Shown one piece after another: positions 36,901 through 50,469 of a DNA stretch of 64,000 bases (positions are counted from its first letter, which is position 1; every line of letters begins with the position of its first letter). Below the pieces are notes generated by a model. It saw only the letters and a list, made by a program, of their open reading frames with translations, ran no database searches and was not told the origin of the DNA. Origin of the DNA: Dipteris shenzhenensis (taxonomy: Eukaryota); assembly GCA_047967505.1 (NCBI GenBank), contig CM106538.1, one strand, 5' to 3'. The position numbers and the translations under genes were made by a program.

Positions 36901-39278
36901 TGGTGTTTAACAAGGTGTCAATAGAAGAATGGCCCTTCATAAAGTTGTTTCTTTATTTGAAAAAATGGCTCTTCACCCAAAAGTTCGTTAGAAAAATGGT
37001 TCAAATTGCTCTTTGGAGCCCCTAGAATTTGCAAAGTGTCATCCTAGGCCTCGTTTAATCATTCTAACTAAATTTTTATTCCTATTTGCCAAGTACTCAT
37101 TCTTGTGCCTACTAGGCAAAAGGGTGGCACACACAAACCATTAAGAGGAGGGACTAAATCGATTGTAAGCATGATGGATGAAGTCAAGCTTATTAACAAT
37201 ATGAGCCCTTTCACACTGAAAGAATTGGTTTGAGTCAAATTTCAAGCTCTTGTTGTTTTTGGGTGACACTCTCTAAAATTATCCTCACATCTAATCCACC
37301 CACATTTCCAAGAGTGTGCCTAGGTGCCCATGAAAGGCTAAACTTACTTTCCTTAGAGCTATCGCCACGCAGGTTGTTTACAAAGGGAAAGGTGCCCATT
37401 GCTGGGCAGCCAAACTAACAAATGGCAGAGTGGGGAAATTACGGCGGGCAGCTAGCCCGTTACACACCGAACACTTGTTCCTTTCTATGTGGATGCCTAG
37501 GGAGAGCCCTTCCGTGTGGGTAGCCAAGCATGGCTGCCTAACGATAGGGCATATATAGCGTAACAAGGTGAACAACGTTCAAGTGGCCTGCCATGCAACA
37601 AGGAAAAGAGAGGGAGAGAGTGAAAATGAGAGAGACATGACTTGGATCCCCGCACCAAGGAGAGAGAGAGAGGAAAATTTGCATCACATGCCACCTATTT
37701 TTTCATAGATTAGCAAAACAAAATGGGCTTTTTCGCTTCTTGCAGTGTCACCTACACTTAGTCCTACCCTTCAGGCAGGCCAAAAAGCAGCCAATCCTGG
37801 AGCAACAACACGAAGTTGTGCTCCAAGCTTTCAAGGTTGAAGAGTGGCCATGACAACCGTGTATTGAACAATGGGGAGTGCAGGTCTAAAAAAAAAACCA
37901 AATGGGTGAGGCGAACGTGTAATAATTAGTAAAGAGGGTATTAGGAGGGATCTATCAAAAGCACAACAAAAACATTAATCTCGTGGCAAGCGACTCGGTT
38001 GTAATTTGCAAAATGAGAGAGACATGACTCGGTTGTAATTTGCAGCTTCTGATCATCTGCTTTATCTGCTTTTGGGCTCTACATTCTTGCTCTGTCTGAT
38101 CGACCTTCAACTTCAAGCCTGCTTGCTTCTTCATCACCTCGATCCTTCGCTGGCCACTCTCTTGGAGTCTTGTATCCAATTTGCTGCAACTACCCAACAC
38201 GGAATAGTTGCACTATGCACGAGGTATTTCGACATATCTTTGCGTACAACTTTGGTGGCTCATAGATAGCAATCATCAAGCTCTAGATCTATGAAAAATA
38301 TTGGCGGAAAAACAGCGTCTTCCAGTCGCAAGTGAGCACCAAACGACTAACTAATCGCTTACATGAATCACCGGCAATAGCAATGCATCGGAAACACCTT
38401 ACATTGTGAAAGGTAACACTGCTGCGGGAGGACAGCTACACAGGTTTTTTTGCCCTCAACTTGTCCAAGCAGTCTTTCTTTCGTTTCCGTTGCTTGCAGC
38501 TCAATATATAAAAACCTCGTTGATAGCCTGCAACCTGCGCCTTGCAATTGCGGTGCTACGGCACGGTGGCTATTACACACACGTTAGAATTTCCGGGTGG
38601 TGGACTGCATGCAATGCTTGCAATACCTGCGCTTCAACTTGCTCATCTATATAAGTGCCTGGAATCTTCTGGAACGAAAGTTCCAGCGCCTGCGCCACCG
38701 CCATTAACGTGCCTGCGGCCTCGCCTAATAAATTAATCGCCCCCCCTCAAATAATAATTCTGAGAGCTTACGTTAAATTGACCATCGTGCCCCCAGCCAC
38801 ACAAACAAATTAATTAATAGCGAGTTTTTCTCGCTGGGGGGCCTATCTAATATCTGAAGTAATATTTCCCTTTACTATTAGTACAAAAAGGAGAGGATTA
38901 CATTTTGAGGAAAAGGATACTACCCTCGAGGCCCAAACCATTCTATCACTTGATATGTCAACCTCTAGAAGCATGACTGCTAATGGAGTGCTTCTTGTAC
39001 ACTCTGCAGAGAAGCCAGTCTCTATAATGCTGCTTATATGTGTAGCGGAGTGGAGACAACCTTTACTTTGAAAACATGAGGACGCTTGAGTTTGAGTCAC
39101 AACAAGTGGGCCCCACACAATGCTTGGGTACATGGTTGTCAGCTTGAGCAATTGTTAAATAGAAGAAGGCTCTGGGCTCCTCCACTCGCTGAGGCACAGA
39201 GGGTCTTTAAGGAACTGCAAGAAGGTAAAGAAGAGGGGTCATAACCACCAGAAAGAAAGGAAAGTTGTATTAATGTCT

Positions 39279-39790
39279 TCAAAAGGCCTCAATTTGCACC
39301 AATCGTCCATAAGGATCGAGGTCACCATCTTGATCAGCTTCAAAACCACGCCATATGTGGCACCAACAGAAGGGAGAATGTGGCTCTAGTCTTGTGGCAT
39401 GCCTGGGAATCTTAGGGTGTGGCGTGCCTGGGAATCTTAGGGTCATGGGGTATCTTGAGACCTGATGGTGTGCATCTCCATGTTGGCCACTATAAATCTG
39501 TGGTACCAGGAGATAAATAAAACTAGATGGCTTGCAAGATAAACAAGGGGACTTGGACTTTGGAGAAGTGTTTGGGCCGTCTCTCAGGTGGATAGCTGGA
39601 TCACCAAGACATTGTGGGCGTAAATCGTTACCTCCTAGATATTCCACCGTGGGGCTTGCCTGTACCCATTTTTGAATTCGGCATCTAGTGGGGGTAGGGC
39701 CCACGACGTGCCCAATCATTGCTTGATCACTGAGCTCGTGAATTGCATGCTTAACCTGCTTGTTGTCCAACCAACATCGCTTGAGAAGCT
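39279..39790 (-). mobile_element. L1 ORF1 N-terminal fragment (DUF4283-like)
   Basis: DQAMIGHVVGPTPTRCRIQKWV. Confidence 0.5.
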
Positions 39791-39849
39791 GTATAGTTTC
39801 AACATTTCTGTCATAAATTGACTGATCTTAGGGGATCCAACTCCCATCG

Positions 39850-40891
39850 ATCCTAACAATATTAACAGGATTCGTCTAGCAGAAATGTTGTTTTCATACT
39901 TGCACTAATCACATCGAGGTGCACCACTTAATTCTAGAGAAAATACTATCTGGAGAAGTTGTTCTTATATTGTCCCGTCCATGAGCAAGTTGCAGACACA
40001 TTCACAAATGCTCTTAGCTATGACAAATTTTACTATAGAAATCGACTGGGGAGATAATGGATAATTCGATGTGCTCTTCAGATCTACAGTTTAGAAATTT
40101 CTCCTCCAAACTCAGTTTATAAATTCGGTTATATAGTTTATAAATTTCTTTGTCACGGCTGAGTCTGCCGTTCACCTCCGGAGTGCTGACAGAAACTCAA
40201 TACGAAGACCTTTGTATAAATGGATGCTCAAGTATGTGTGGGTTTGTGGATTTGTATGTGTGAGAGCATATGTTTATACTATGGTCTACACCCACGGTTG
40301 AGCGCTGATGACGTCAGTGGGGATGTCATAGTAGCTAGATCCTGCTATGGGTGATGGAGTTTATGGTTTTCAACCTTATGAGTGACTATCATGAGATTGA
40401 AACTGCATTATGTATTGTGTTTTTAGAGGATGAGTTTGGGCATGTTCCTGGATTTATCTAGATATACAAATTGCTGCTCAACTTTTTGGAGTCATGCTTC
40501 TATAAGCATCAGCTTTTGTAATTTTGCTTCAACAGCACTCAGATGCACTCTTTTATTTTTGTAATCCATCCTTATCTTATTAAGTGCAATTTTAAGAGGG
40601 GTGTTGAAATGTGGAGTGCGCTAGGGAATATTTACACAGGTGTGGGAAAAAAAGCATAATCCTGAAGTGTAGAGGTTTGTATGTAAAGTGCCTAATCGGG
40701 TTTCACTTAGGGTTGAATATATTCTTTTAATCCTTTGCATTCTAATAAGAGATTAAACATTTTGTATCCTAGTTCTCACACACATGCATACACACTCGGG
40801 TTTCACTTAGGGTTGAATATATTCTTGTAATCCTTTGCTATTATTCATTTTGTATCCTAGTTTTCACACACATGCATACACACTCACAACA
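39850..40891 (+). mobile_element. Copia 3' remnant: RNase H end, PPT, 3' LTR (40602-40891)
   Basis: FHTCTNHIEVHH (TKHIEVHYHF-like); aagagggg directly before TGTTG...CAACA; ~100-bp internal duplication in the LTR. Confidence 0.65.
40221..40461 (+). repeat. ~240 bp dispersed repeat, copy 2
   Basis: Homologue of 9947-10184, lying within the copia 3' UTR. Confidence 0.85.
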
Positions 40892-41193
40892 AGTTTACTC
40901 CTAAGCTCAAAGTTGTATTCCATTGGTTAACTTTTGTAAAGATCTTGCCTTTTTTATTGTATTGGGATTGCTGGCCCGGTAGTGACCTTTGATTGTTTTC
41001 AGACGGTATCTGGGTTTAATGAAGATTGATGGGCAGGAGGACAAAATTAGGACCAAATTTTGGAAAATGTTGATATGCCACTCTTGGAGTGCTTGCTTAT
41101 CTTCCATTTTTCTTGCAGGTATAAGAAGCAGAGAGCACCTCAAAAAGCTTTCCCTTGGCTTTGTGTTCCTAGACTGCGTATATTACAATCTCC

Positions 41194-41201
41194 ATGGCTG
41201 T
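41194..41201 (+). CDS. PMK: Phosphomevalonate kinase, coding exon 1 (ATGGCTGT)
   Basis: ATG GCT GT|gtaagt joins exon 2 to give MAVVISAPGKV, matching the plant PMK N-terminus. An upstream acceptor ttgcag at 41118 implies a 5' UTR intron. Confidence 0.75.
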
Positions 41202-41959
41202 GTAAGTTGACTGCTAAAATTTTAAGGTATATAAATTTCGTGCCGGAGGATAGAGATGAGATTATCTCCTGTAAACATTAAATTAAAGCTGAATAGGACC
41301 AAACTGTTGTGAGGTATAGTATCTTAGAGAGCTAGAAACAATTTGGTGTCTTCACTATTAAGATATATATAATTAAATTCAACATTTGATTAGCTCTTCA
41401 TAAGTATGTATCACAAAGGCTACATCTGTTTGTAATTTCTTATCCCAACAATTTATAAAAGTCAGTTTTGTGCTGTACGTGCACAGGTACTTGCACAAAT
41501 ACATATACACGCCTCCCCCCAATTTTTATTAAGTACGACAAAATACAAAACTTCAAGATAAGATCCTATAAGAGCCTCATGCAAAATCATTGTGCAGAAT
41601 AAACGAGGCTGTTATAGCCAATCTGGAGAGGAGTGAGAATGCCATGAAGGCAGTGTGGCGGGTGAAGAATAGACCGTGGCCCCCCTCTCTCATGAAGCAA
41701 GCTTTCCAGGCCATTGTGGCCCATGAGCCGCTACCTCAACTGGCATGAGGGTGTGTACATATCTTACCAGATCACTGAGAGTTACCGAGTCCCATCTGTA
41801 CCCTTGTGCATCTGGATTTCCAAATCTATATTGGCAAATCTACATGCAATAAGACTGGCAGTGATCTCCCAAGCTGAGTCTTTTGATGGAGAATGAGGTC
41901 CATGCATAGATACTGATAGAGGATAAAGCCACTGAAAAGCAGCAGGAAGGCACGAAGTC

Positions 41960-42185
41960 AGAGGCAAATACAGGGACGAAGCAAGATTCTGACCAACCAC
42001 GCGAGAACTCAGCACAAAGCGGGCCTAAAGCACAAAGCGAGAGCGAGACATCAGGACAAAGCGAGACATCAGCACAAAGCGAGCCAAAAGGACAAAGCGA
42101 GATGGAATATTCTGACCTTAAAAGCAGCGATAAGGTTGATTCTGCCATCGAGACTAAAGGACAAAGCGAGCCATCAAGACAAACG
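41960..42185 (+). repeat. Degenerate ~18-bp tandem repeat (acaaagcgag core)
   Basis: Repeated gcacaaagcg/ggacaaagcgag units. Confidence 0.7.
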
Positions 42186-42329
42186 ATTTTGCCTGGTTCT
42201 CTTGATGCTTGGTCAATCGAAGCTACAAGGCATAGAGAACACATCAGGAATCAACAGCAGATTATTGAAAATCTTTGGATTGAGGATGAACGTAAACTAG
42301 CCGAACAAAGAAGAAAGGAGATGGAAGCA

Positions 42330-43700
42330 TGGCTTTTAGATGGAAGGCCTGCACTGTGGGGTGATAAGCAAGGGACTTCTCTGTGCATCAAAATGGCCCT
42401 GCTCCCTTGTATAAAATCCGAGGATCTAACTGTGTAAGCCAGGCCATATATTCCCAAGTGATGTAGCAACACCCTCTCCTATCCTGCCAAACAAGTGTGC
42501 AATGCCCTGCAAAATCCTCTGGGCCTTTTTGCAACCCCATATGCAATTTTGAACGGGCTCCAAATCCGTGAAGCATCCCGGGCATCTAGGAGCCGCACCA
42601 AAGGTTTGTCTGTTAGAGTCCATCGTGCTGAAAGAGCCACGAACACTGCTCGTGCTGTTCCACATGATGCTGCACATGCTGCAGCCATGTGACTGCTCCA
42701 AACACTCGTCTCTGCTGCTGCCTACCAGGTGTGGGCCTCTGAATGGCCCCGTACTTCCTGTTTTGTAGCCATACAGGTTATGTACAGCTTTTTTGTTCTC
42801 TGCAGGACCTGCTGTAGCAGCTCCGCTCGTTGCCTACATGGTGGGCTACCTGCACACTCTAATCTGCCCACGTGGCAGTCTTTACATCTGCCCACGTGGC
42901 CTCTCTATTGTCCCATATGTGCTGCAGGTTTACCTCCCCATGTCCTCCTCATTTGGGGGCTCACAAGTAGGGAGGTGGCCCCTGTTCGTCTAACGATCCA
43001 CTGTGGAGGAACACCCACTCCTTGATGGAGATGCTCCATCAGCTCCCACAGAGTAGTTCATCTGGAACAAGTAGAGCCATCCTCAATCTTTGGTCTTCAA
43101 ATCCACAACTGTTGCTCCTCCAGGTTCAGCTCCACCAAAGTAAGCCATCCCGGCACGCGCACAATTCAGATTATACCTGTGTATTGGAAGCATGGAGCAT
43201 GACCCTTTCAGATCGTCCTCGCCTGCCTGCACCCCCAAAGGCAATGCTGTTCTGACTCAACTGCAGAATGGCAACGAGGACATGCAGGGTCAGCCCCAAA
43301 CCTGGACCTCCTCAAGTTCACTGCAATCCCTCCGTGGATAGAAAGCCAAAAGAATAGACTGGTTTTTCTATTCTTGAGGGATTTCAAGAGTCTCCTCCAA
43401 AAGATTTTGTGCACATTCAGATTAAACCTACCATCCATGGTATCAGGAGCCTTGATCACAAACATGCCAGCGATAGTCGAGCTGTCCCTCTCAAATTTCA
43501 AGGATAGCATCAAGCACCATGCTTTCGAGGTCTATTTCAACCTGTCATCACTCTGGCACCTCCGCAAGCCTGAGCAATGAGATCCCTATAGCTGATCTGC
43601 ATAGATCCCCATTACCAAGTATTTCTCTAGAATTCCTGGACCATGAGTACCAAATGAGCTAACACCCGAGTAATCCACCAGCAGCAATATACTCTATTGA
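42330..43700 (-). mobile_element. L1 ORF2 C-terminal fragments in PMK intron 1
   Basis: FFWLSIHGGIAVN..DPACPRCHSAVESEQHCLWGC and a second copy APRCPGC..QNCIWGC. Confidence 0.75.
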
Positions 43701-43979
43701 TCTGTTGATGTCCCCCTCCCCACCATAAAGGTTCCAATAGGTTCACCTTGTTCTGCTTCCAGTATCCTACAACTGAGCCTTGAAGAAGCCTCCAAAACTC
43801 TTGTCGCTGGCAGAAAGTCATGCTCCTCAAAGCAATCATCACTATCCTTGATAGAAGTCATGTAGTAGGCATTGATAACCTCTGCAACGTACTTCTCCCT
43901 CTGTCTTCCAAGAAACAGCCGACCGGGGTTACTGTGGTGCTTGTCAGGCGTCTGGAGCTGCCAGGAGGCCACGACAGAA

Positions 43980-44310
43980 CACACATCCAGATAGCAGACA
44001 ACGATCTATCACGGGCTTCTTGCCTACACTACCTAGTCCGTCATCGGGTGTATCTTGAAATATTTTTATGCATTGTATCGTATTGTATTGGATCAGATTG
44101 CATCTTCCATGGGGATGATGATGCCAGAGACTTGTATACGACTATTGTGACATGTATGATGATATCATTGACTATGTCTACACAGTTTTCTCTAGCATGG
44201 GTTAGGATGCTCGCTTAGTAGCTCCACCCTTTTGTTCATTATATCAGGTTTTCGATCAGTCTCATAGACCCATCGGTCTTTAGCAGACTTTAACAAACTT
44301 TATTTCTTTC
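43980..44310 (+). mobile_element. RTE/RTEX-like LINE 3' UTR fragment
   Basis: Near-identical to 54540-54650, including agtctcatagacccatcggtct..agact. Confidence 0.75.
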
Positions 44311-44639
44311 AGCACTTGAGGAACACAAGGCAAACAATTTGCCGAATGTGAGCTACTGTATTCATAATGAACATACATGCCATTGGATGCAGCTATCGAT
44401 TGCTTGCTTGGCTAGGTACCTCCCAGAACTCTATACTGTCATCTTCAATGTCCTTGTATTCCTTTGACCTTGATTGTAGAAATCTCTCCAAAGACACCTC
44501 CTTCATGCAACTGTGTCAGCCTTATTCTCAAAACAACAATCTGAGCAACCAACACTGTCCTCCACCACTGTTTTAATGTCTAACAATTCAGAGATGGTGT
44601 GATGAGCCAGAGGGAACTTTATAGATAAATCTACATACC

Positions 44640-46420
44640 TGATCTCAGCAACAATTGTCACCAAGAAAATTTCTCTCGTTGTTGTTACAACGCTTGCAAC
44701 TGGTTGTGTGATGTGTTCTTTTCAAAGGAAGAGTTCATAAATCCAAGAGTTCACCCTCAAACTTGTGTGCTTATGGACCTTGCAGAGGAGCTTCCTCAGA
44801 AGCTGCTTATTTACTCCACTAGATCTCAAGAGCCCACTCATGTTTTCTTTGTGGGAGAGCAGGTCACACAGTTAAGGATTGTCCAAACAAGCGACTCAAG
44901 GGGCTGCTAAAAGGAAAATCCAAGGGGTCGTTGCCACTTCTTCTCACGAATGGCGCAAAGTCAAAAAAACAGTCTACACAGGCTTGGAGGAAAAAGGAAT
45001 TGCCTTGAAGGGTATGCAGGCAAAGTGGGGCTGCTAGAAGTGGAGCCCTCGAAACTAAAGTTTCAAACAATAAAGGTGCTGTAACAATTGAGCAGGATGT
45101 GAGATACTTTCAGTGTACTTCAACAGTTAAGAGCAGGAGAACATGCAGGTTGGGATAGAGGAAGGTTTGAAACCGAGCTTAGGGCTCTTTATAAAGAGAT
45201 GCTGGGAAACTTAGAGGGTGTTCAAGTTGTGCAGGACAAAGCTGTGGAGCCAGGCGGGCCTAATACGCAGGCTGGGGTTTTTTTGGACGAAGACATAACA
45301 ACCACCATTAACTTTTTTGAGAAGCAAGCTGGTAACTTTAAGAGCAGGCTGTCAAAAATCCCTGTGAAACAAATAGCGGATGCATTCAGCCTACATGGAC
45401 GAGTCAACAAGAAGAAAGGTAGCAAAAAAGGCACGATAGGGAGACTAAGTATTGTATTTTTTGGCAAGGCCAACGAGCCATTGTATTTCTTGAAGATTTT
45501 GTGATGATATAAATAAATAAACCCACAATTATTGATTTTTATTTTCATTTTATTGTTGTAATTCCTTGTTACACCACCACTGCAGGGTGGGTTGTAACAA
45601 AGGCCAATTTACCTAGTAGTTTTAGCCTTTAAATGGCTTTGTAATAGTAGTACTTTTAGTAGGGTGGCCTAATGTTGCCACGTGACATCCTAGGGTGGCC
45701 ATCCCATAAGCATAGAGGTATTGTCCATGCCTATATCTATAAATGGGGGCCATACATAGGTATTTTATTCATGCTTCCAGAGGATTAGAGAGTTTTATCA
45801 GTTAGTCTTCTCAGAGGGGGTGCAGGGAGGGTTCAACAGATTGATGGAGCCATACCAGTGGAGTGGATGGATACATATGATATGTGTATTACGGGTTCCA
45901 CTTGGTTAGGTGCTTTTATGAGGACATTATTTCTCTTCAGGTTATTGCTTTGCGGGATGCACATGAGGATGCCGTTGTATTTGATGCTCATCCGGGAGGG
46001 AGGCTACACATATCTTCAGATGATACCCTTGCCTTCCAACAAGTCAGGATTGCAGGCTATATGGAGCATGGTACAGATTCACAGTGGTACCCGGATCCCG
46101 ACCCACTTCTTCTGGCCTTGGGTTCATGGAGACTTTGGCTCTATGGAGGTGTTCCCATTAGATCTTTGCATTAGGACCCTGGGGAGTGGGAGTGGATCAA
46201 TGAAGGGCACCGAGAGAAGAGCATCCCCTTCTTTCGTTACATGGTTGGAAATGCCATGGGATTTCAACTTAGTTGTAGAGGTTGGAGGCCCTCCAAATCT
46301 CCTCATTGGGATAGCTTTCAGATTTTTGCAGATGTGCAGAAAAACTTTTGGAGGAGACTCTGGAAATCCCTTAGGAATAGAAATTCACTCTATTCTTTTG
46401 GCTTTATGTATTTCCGCCTC
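44640..46420 (+). mobile_element. L1 fragments (ORF1 remnant and ORF2 C-terminal remnant)
   Basis: FINPR..CVLMDLAEELP (cf. L1B ORF1); WRLWLYGGVPIRSL, FWRRLWKSLRNR. Confidence 0.65.
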
Positions 46421-47439
46421 ACTTAATAGAAGTCTTTTCTCTTTGGGGCAACTAATCAACATATTCTAATCTCTCACTTTGCTCCAAGAGAGGCAAGTTC
46501 TCTGGCCTCTAGATTGGCCACTTTCCCCAAAACATCGGGGATACCTCCTGCCATAGGCCTACGCGGTTCTTGCTGTCTTTCTACACCCTTGGATCCGAAG
46601 GCCTTTCGGGGTGTTGAGCAGCCACATGCCCGTCTTTTCCACATCGGAAGCATCTCCCTTCCTTCCGAAAGGTCTCAATTTGCTCAAGTGTAAAGTGAGC
46701 TCTTCCCTTACAGTGCCTCTAGTTCTGGTTCTGATTTTGTTTTCCCCTCAGTTTTTTGAGGCTGAACCTCTTTTCAAACTGAAGTGGCTTGAAAGCCTTC
46801 CTTTTTGGTAATGCTTGCTCTTTTCTAGGACGTCTTTCTTCTCCTTTTGATACGAAGATGAGTCCTTCATATTCATCATGAGTGCAATGGAAGCTAAATG
46901 CATGTGAGACATTGTATTGAGGAAGGCTCGAATATTTGGTGGCAATCTTGCCCGATACTTTCGGGGATGAGCCTTAGCTGAAATCTCTTGGAATGGGGTT
47001 GCAATATGCTTCCCAAAATCTTTGGCTAAAATAATCCACTGTTTCCCCTTCCTTCATATGAAGGCCATCCCATGCAATATGGACGTCATCCACAAACTCT
47101 TTTGGGAGAAACTGTTGATAGAAATACTTCTTAAACTTCTTCTAAGTCTTGGGAGCAGTCCCATCTACCAGCTTCACACTCCACCAAGCACTGGCTGTAT
47201 TTGTAAGGTGCAAACTCACCGTTCGGAGTTTGGACGATTCTCGATAATTTTCCTTCCCAAAAGCAAAGTCAATGTAGCTTTAGGGTACATGTCGGATGTC
47301 ATCATTAGTGAACAATGCACAAGAGATGGGATGAAGTAGCTGTGAGAGCTCCGGGAATACTAGTGAGGAATATAACATAACTTGTGTGCATAGGACTGCC
47401 AAAGCATGTTGTCTATGAGAAGAGGAGTCCATCGGTCAA

Positions 47440-47885
47440 GAAGGTTTCACCATAGGTCTTTGTAGTCGCGCTGCTAAACAAGATTTTCCACACGTGTAAC
47501 ACCATCATCCCTATCCACAAGAAAGGGGATCCCATGAGCCTAGAAAACTATAGGGCCATCATGATGGGGCATATCATGTCCAAGATTTATACCTCAGTAG
47601 TCTACACATAGGTTAACCAATTTGCAGAGCGCGAGGGCTCAGAGTTTCTGGATAGGGAAGGTTTCTCATTGATCATATGACTCTGAATGACATCCTCACA
47701 CTTAAAGGTATCATTGTGAAGGCCAGGGCAAGGAGACAGATGGTTTATTGCTGCTTTGTGGATTTTTGCAGGGCTTTTGACACAATGCCACAAGCCTACC
47801 TCATTAGACACTTAGAAGATTTGCGGTGCGGTCAAGAGATTATCTGGATAGTTTTGACACTTTATGAGACAGTTTTAGGCGAGGA
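47440..47885 (+). mobile_element. RTE/RTEX-like reverse transcriptase fragment
   Basis: IPIHKKGDP..ENYRAIM..SKIY, ILTL..I..VYCCFVDF..AFDT. Confidence 0.75.
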
Positions 47886-48344
47886 CGCGGGTGGCTACTC
47901 GATGGATGGAGATCAAGAGCACAATTTGGAAAAGTCAGGACTGTTTCTCCAACACGCGTGGAAACAAAATGAGGGAGCAAGCAGCATACCACACACCATG
48001 CTCAAAACCAATGACATTCTTGACATGAACAAGAAATGGCTGAAAACATCCTCTAACAGGCCTGCCTAACAGGTGAAAGAAAGGGTGCCACCAACCATGG
48101 TGTTGCTGCTGGTGGCAAGAAACCCCCGAACAGAACCTGACGACGCCCCACGAACCGACTCCCGATCTCCACCGAATCTTTTTCTCCACCATAGTTGACA
48201 GGAGTAATGTTGGATCCTCCAATGTCTGCAATTTTTGGACAATTAGTGATCATTTTTAAATTTTGACAATAGTTAATCTCAGCTATGATGGCTCATGTGT
48301 ACAATTGGCCGATAATTTTTTGGTTTTACCACGTGGAAACCCTG

Positions 48345-49165
48345 ATTTGTGACTATATAGGTTTAGTCTGTCTTGTTTCTCTGAGAAATGCAGCGGATCT
48401 GGACAGAAATAGAGAGAGAGAGCACACCACACATGAACTGAACAAGAGAGGAGAGAGAGAGAGAGACCAAAAGAAATGCAAGGGATCCCAGGACAACCTC
48501 GAAATGGTGGGGAAAACCTCTGTTATAGATAGGTAAAGCTGCTCCACAAAGAGATGCAAACAGGTGAGGGAAGGGGGGCCTATATATAGGCAGCCTCCCC
48601 CTCCCTAGGCGGCTGCAACAAGGGGGACGACCGGCCAGCCTGAGGTGGGCCCGATCCATCTCCTCTAGGGCTGACCCCACCCTCCAGCCTACAAGGGCTG
48701 CCACACAGCCCTATAAAAGGGCTCCCCCTCTACCGTAGGTGAGCCGACTGAGGTGCCTCAGCAAACTGCCCTATAAGAGGGCTGCCATGCAGCCTATAGG
48801 GGCTGAGCACCTGCCCCTCTTCCTGACAGAGCTGCTCCAATTGGGCTGACCCCCTGCCCTCTAACAACTGCCACACAGCAAAATAGAGGGGGGCTGTCCC
48901 CCTGCTTATGGGCCAATCAAGAAGGCAAGGTGGCTGACCAACAGGTTGGCCCGCCTCAGCCTATCAAGGCCTCATAATGGCAGGTCTGGAACTCCAGGGG
49001 CAGCCAGCAGATCTGCCATACCCTACTCTACCCTCATAGTAGGCGGGCACACCCACAACACAGGCCCTCACTCAGCCTACCCTAACCTCTCACAGGGCGG
49101 GCACACCCACAAGTAAGACCCTCTCTCTACAATGTGACATCAGGAGATGTTGAGCTCCAACAGTT
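48345..49165. mobile_element. LTR-like repeat fragment
   Basis: TATA palindrome and GC-rich internal repeats resembling 8872-9915 in composition; no TSD found. Confidence 0.35.
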
Positions 49166-49488
49166 CTTTATGTGTTTTTTTCACACTTGTGTACATGCTG
49201 CGCCTCCCAGATCGTGAAGAGTATCAATGAAAGGCAGCTTTTTTCTCCCTCTTTCTATTCCACCTCTCATCTCAACAAATAGTTTTTTCTTTAGTTTGGA
49301 AACATTATGTGATTCTATAATTGAAGATGATGTAAGTGAAGCAGATCCTTCAACTATGAAGAATGGTACCCCTTGTCAAACTTTGAAGAGAGTAAATTAA
49401 GTTTCTTGGACTGTGGCTTTTATGTTGTCATAGGTCTCTCATTCATGTCTTGTGCTCGGGTTTATGATTAATTTTTTGTCTCTTGCAG

Positions 49489-49639
49489 GGTTATTTCCGC
49501 TCCTGGAAAGGTGTTGCTTACAGGTGCTTATTTAGTACTTGAACGGCCTAATGCAGGGCTTGTACTTTCAACATCTGCTCGGTTCTTTGCTATAGTGAAA
49601 CCAATCTACTCTGTTCTTACTGCAGACAGTTGGGCTTGG
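49489..49639 (+). CDS. PMK: Phosphomevalonate kinase exon 2
   Basis: VISAPGKVLLTGAYLVLERPNAGLVLSTSARFFAIVKP..SWAW (GHMP motif 1, ERG8-type); cag/gt boundaries. Confidence 0.95.
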
Positions 49640-49766
49640 GTAATGAGAGCTTTATTTGCTTGTTCATGCCTCCATGCTATTGTTCCTTATTTTGCTACTT
49701 TTAAAACTGGCATTTTAGTATCATTGTGTGATCTTATCACTTAGTGGTTGTCATTGCGCTTTGCAG

Positions 49767-49867
49767 TCTTGGTCAGATGTGAGGGTCCTGTCTCCTCAGC
49801 TTTCAAAGGAGACAACATACAAAATGTCATTGAGAAATTTCACATTACAAAAAGTCTTGCCTTTTGA
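49767..49867 (+). CDS. PMK: Phosphomevalonate kinase exon 3
   Basis: SWSDVRVLSPQLSKETTYKMSLRNFTLQKVLPF; cag/gt boundaries, phases consistent. Confidence 0.9.
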
Positions 49868-50356
49868 GTATGTAGCAGCTCTGAAATCATTCAATTTGAA
49901 GCTCTCTGGTTTTCTTTAAATTTTTTATGATCCAGCAGATTCTGGCTGCATGAACAATAGGAAGACCACGCCATGATTAATGCCAGCTATGTTTTTCATG
50001 ATTTCAGTATTGGAAAAAGTGTAAAGCAAGTAAGAAATGTGAACAGAGATTAAATCTTTAGGCACTTGGAAGAGTCAGTTCATGCATGTTTGATATAAGA
50101 ATATGCATCCCTATCTTATGGCTCCAGAAATGTGGCATGTGTGCACTTACGCCGCTGCTGCTGCTGTTGTCCTCGATGTTCTCATATATTTTTTCTTGTG
50201 TGCACATGCACACAAGCACATGCATCAGTTTGTTAATAGTAGTATAATGCAGTATTAGTTAGGAATTACGCTTCTTGAATATAATTACTCAGAAATATGT
50301 ATATTTTTGGATGCAATTGGTATATGAAGGGAATATGTTTTTCATGGCATTTGTAG

Positions 50357-50469
50357 TGAAGATGGCAATGTATTTGTGGAGGAGGCATTGAGGCTAGCTG
50401 TTGCAGCCGCATGTTCTATTCATCAAGAAAATGAAACACAACATGAATTTAAGGAGCTTTTACTAAAAG
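50357..50469 (+). CDS. PMK: Phosphomevalonate kinase exon 4
   Basis: EDGNVFVEEALRLAVAAA..FKELLLK, matching the plant PMK NPFVE..LLLQ segment; tag/gt boundaries. Confidence 0.88.

Noticed and set aside
49640-49766. ORF-track extensions of the PMK exons
   Set aside because: Read-through into intron 2; GT-AG boundaries and homology define the exons.
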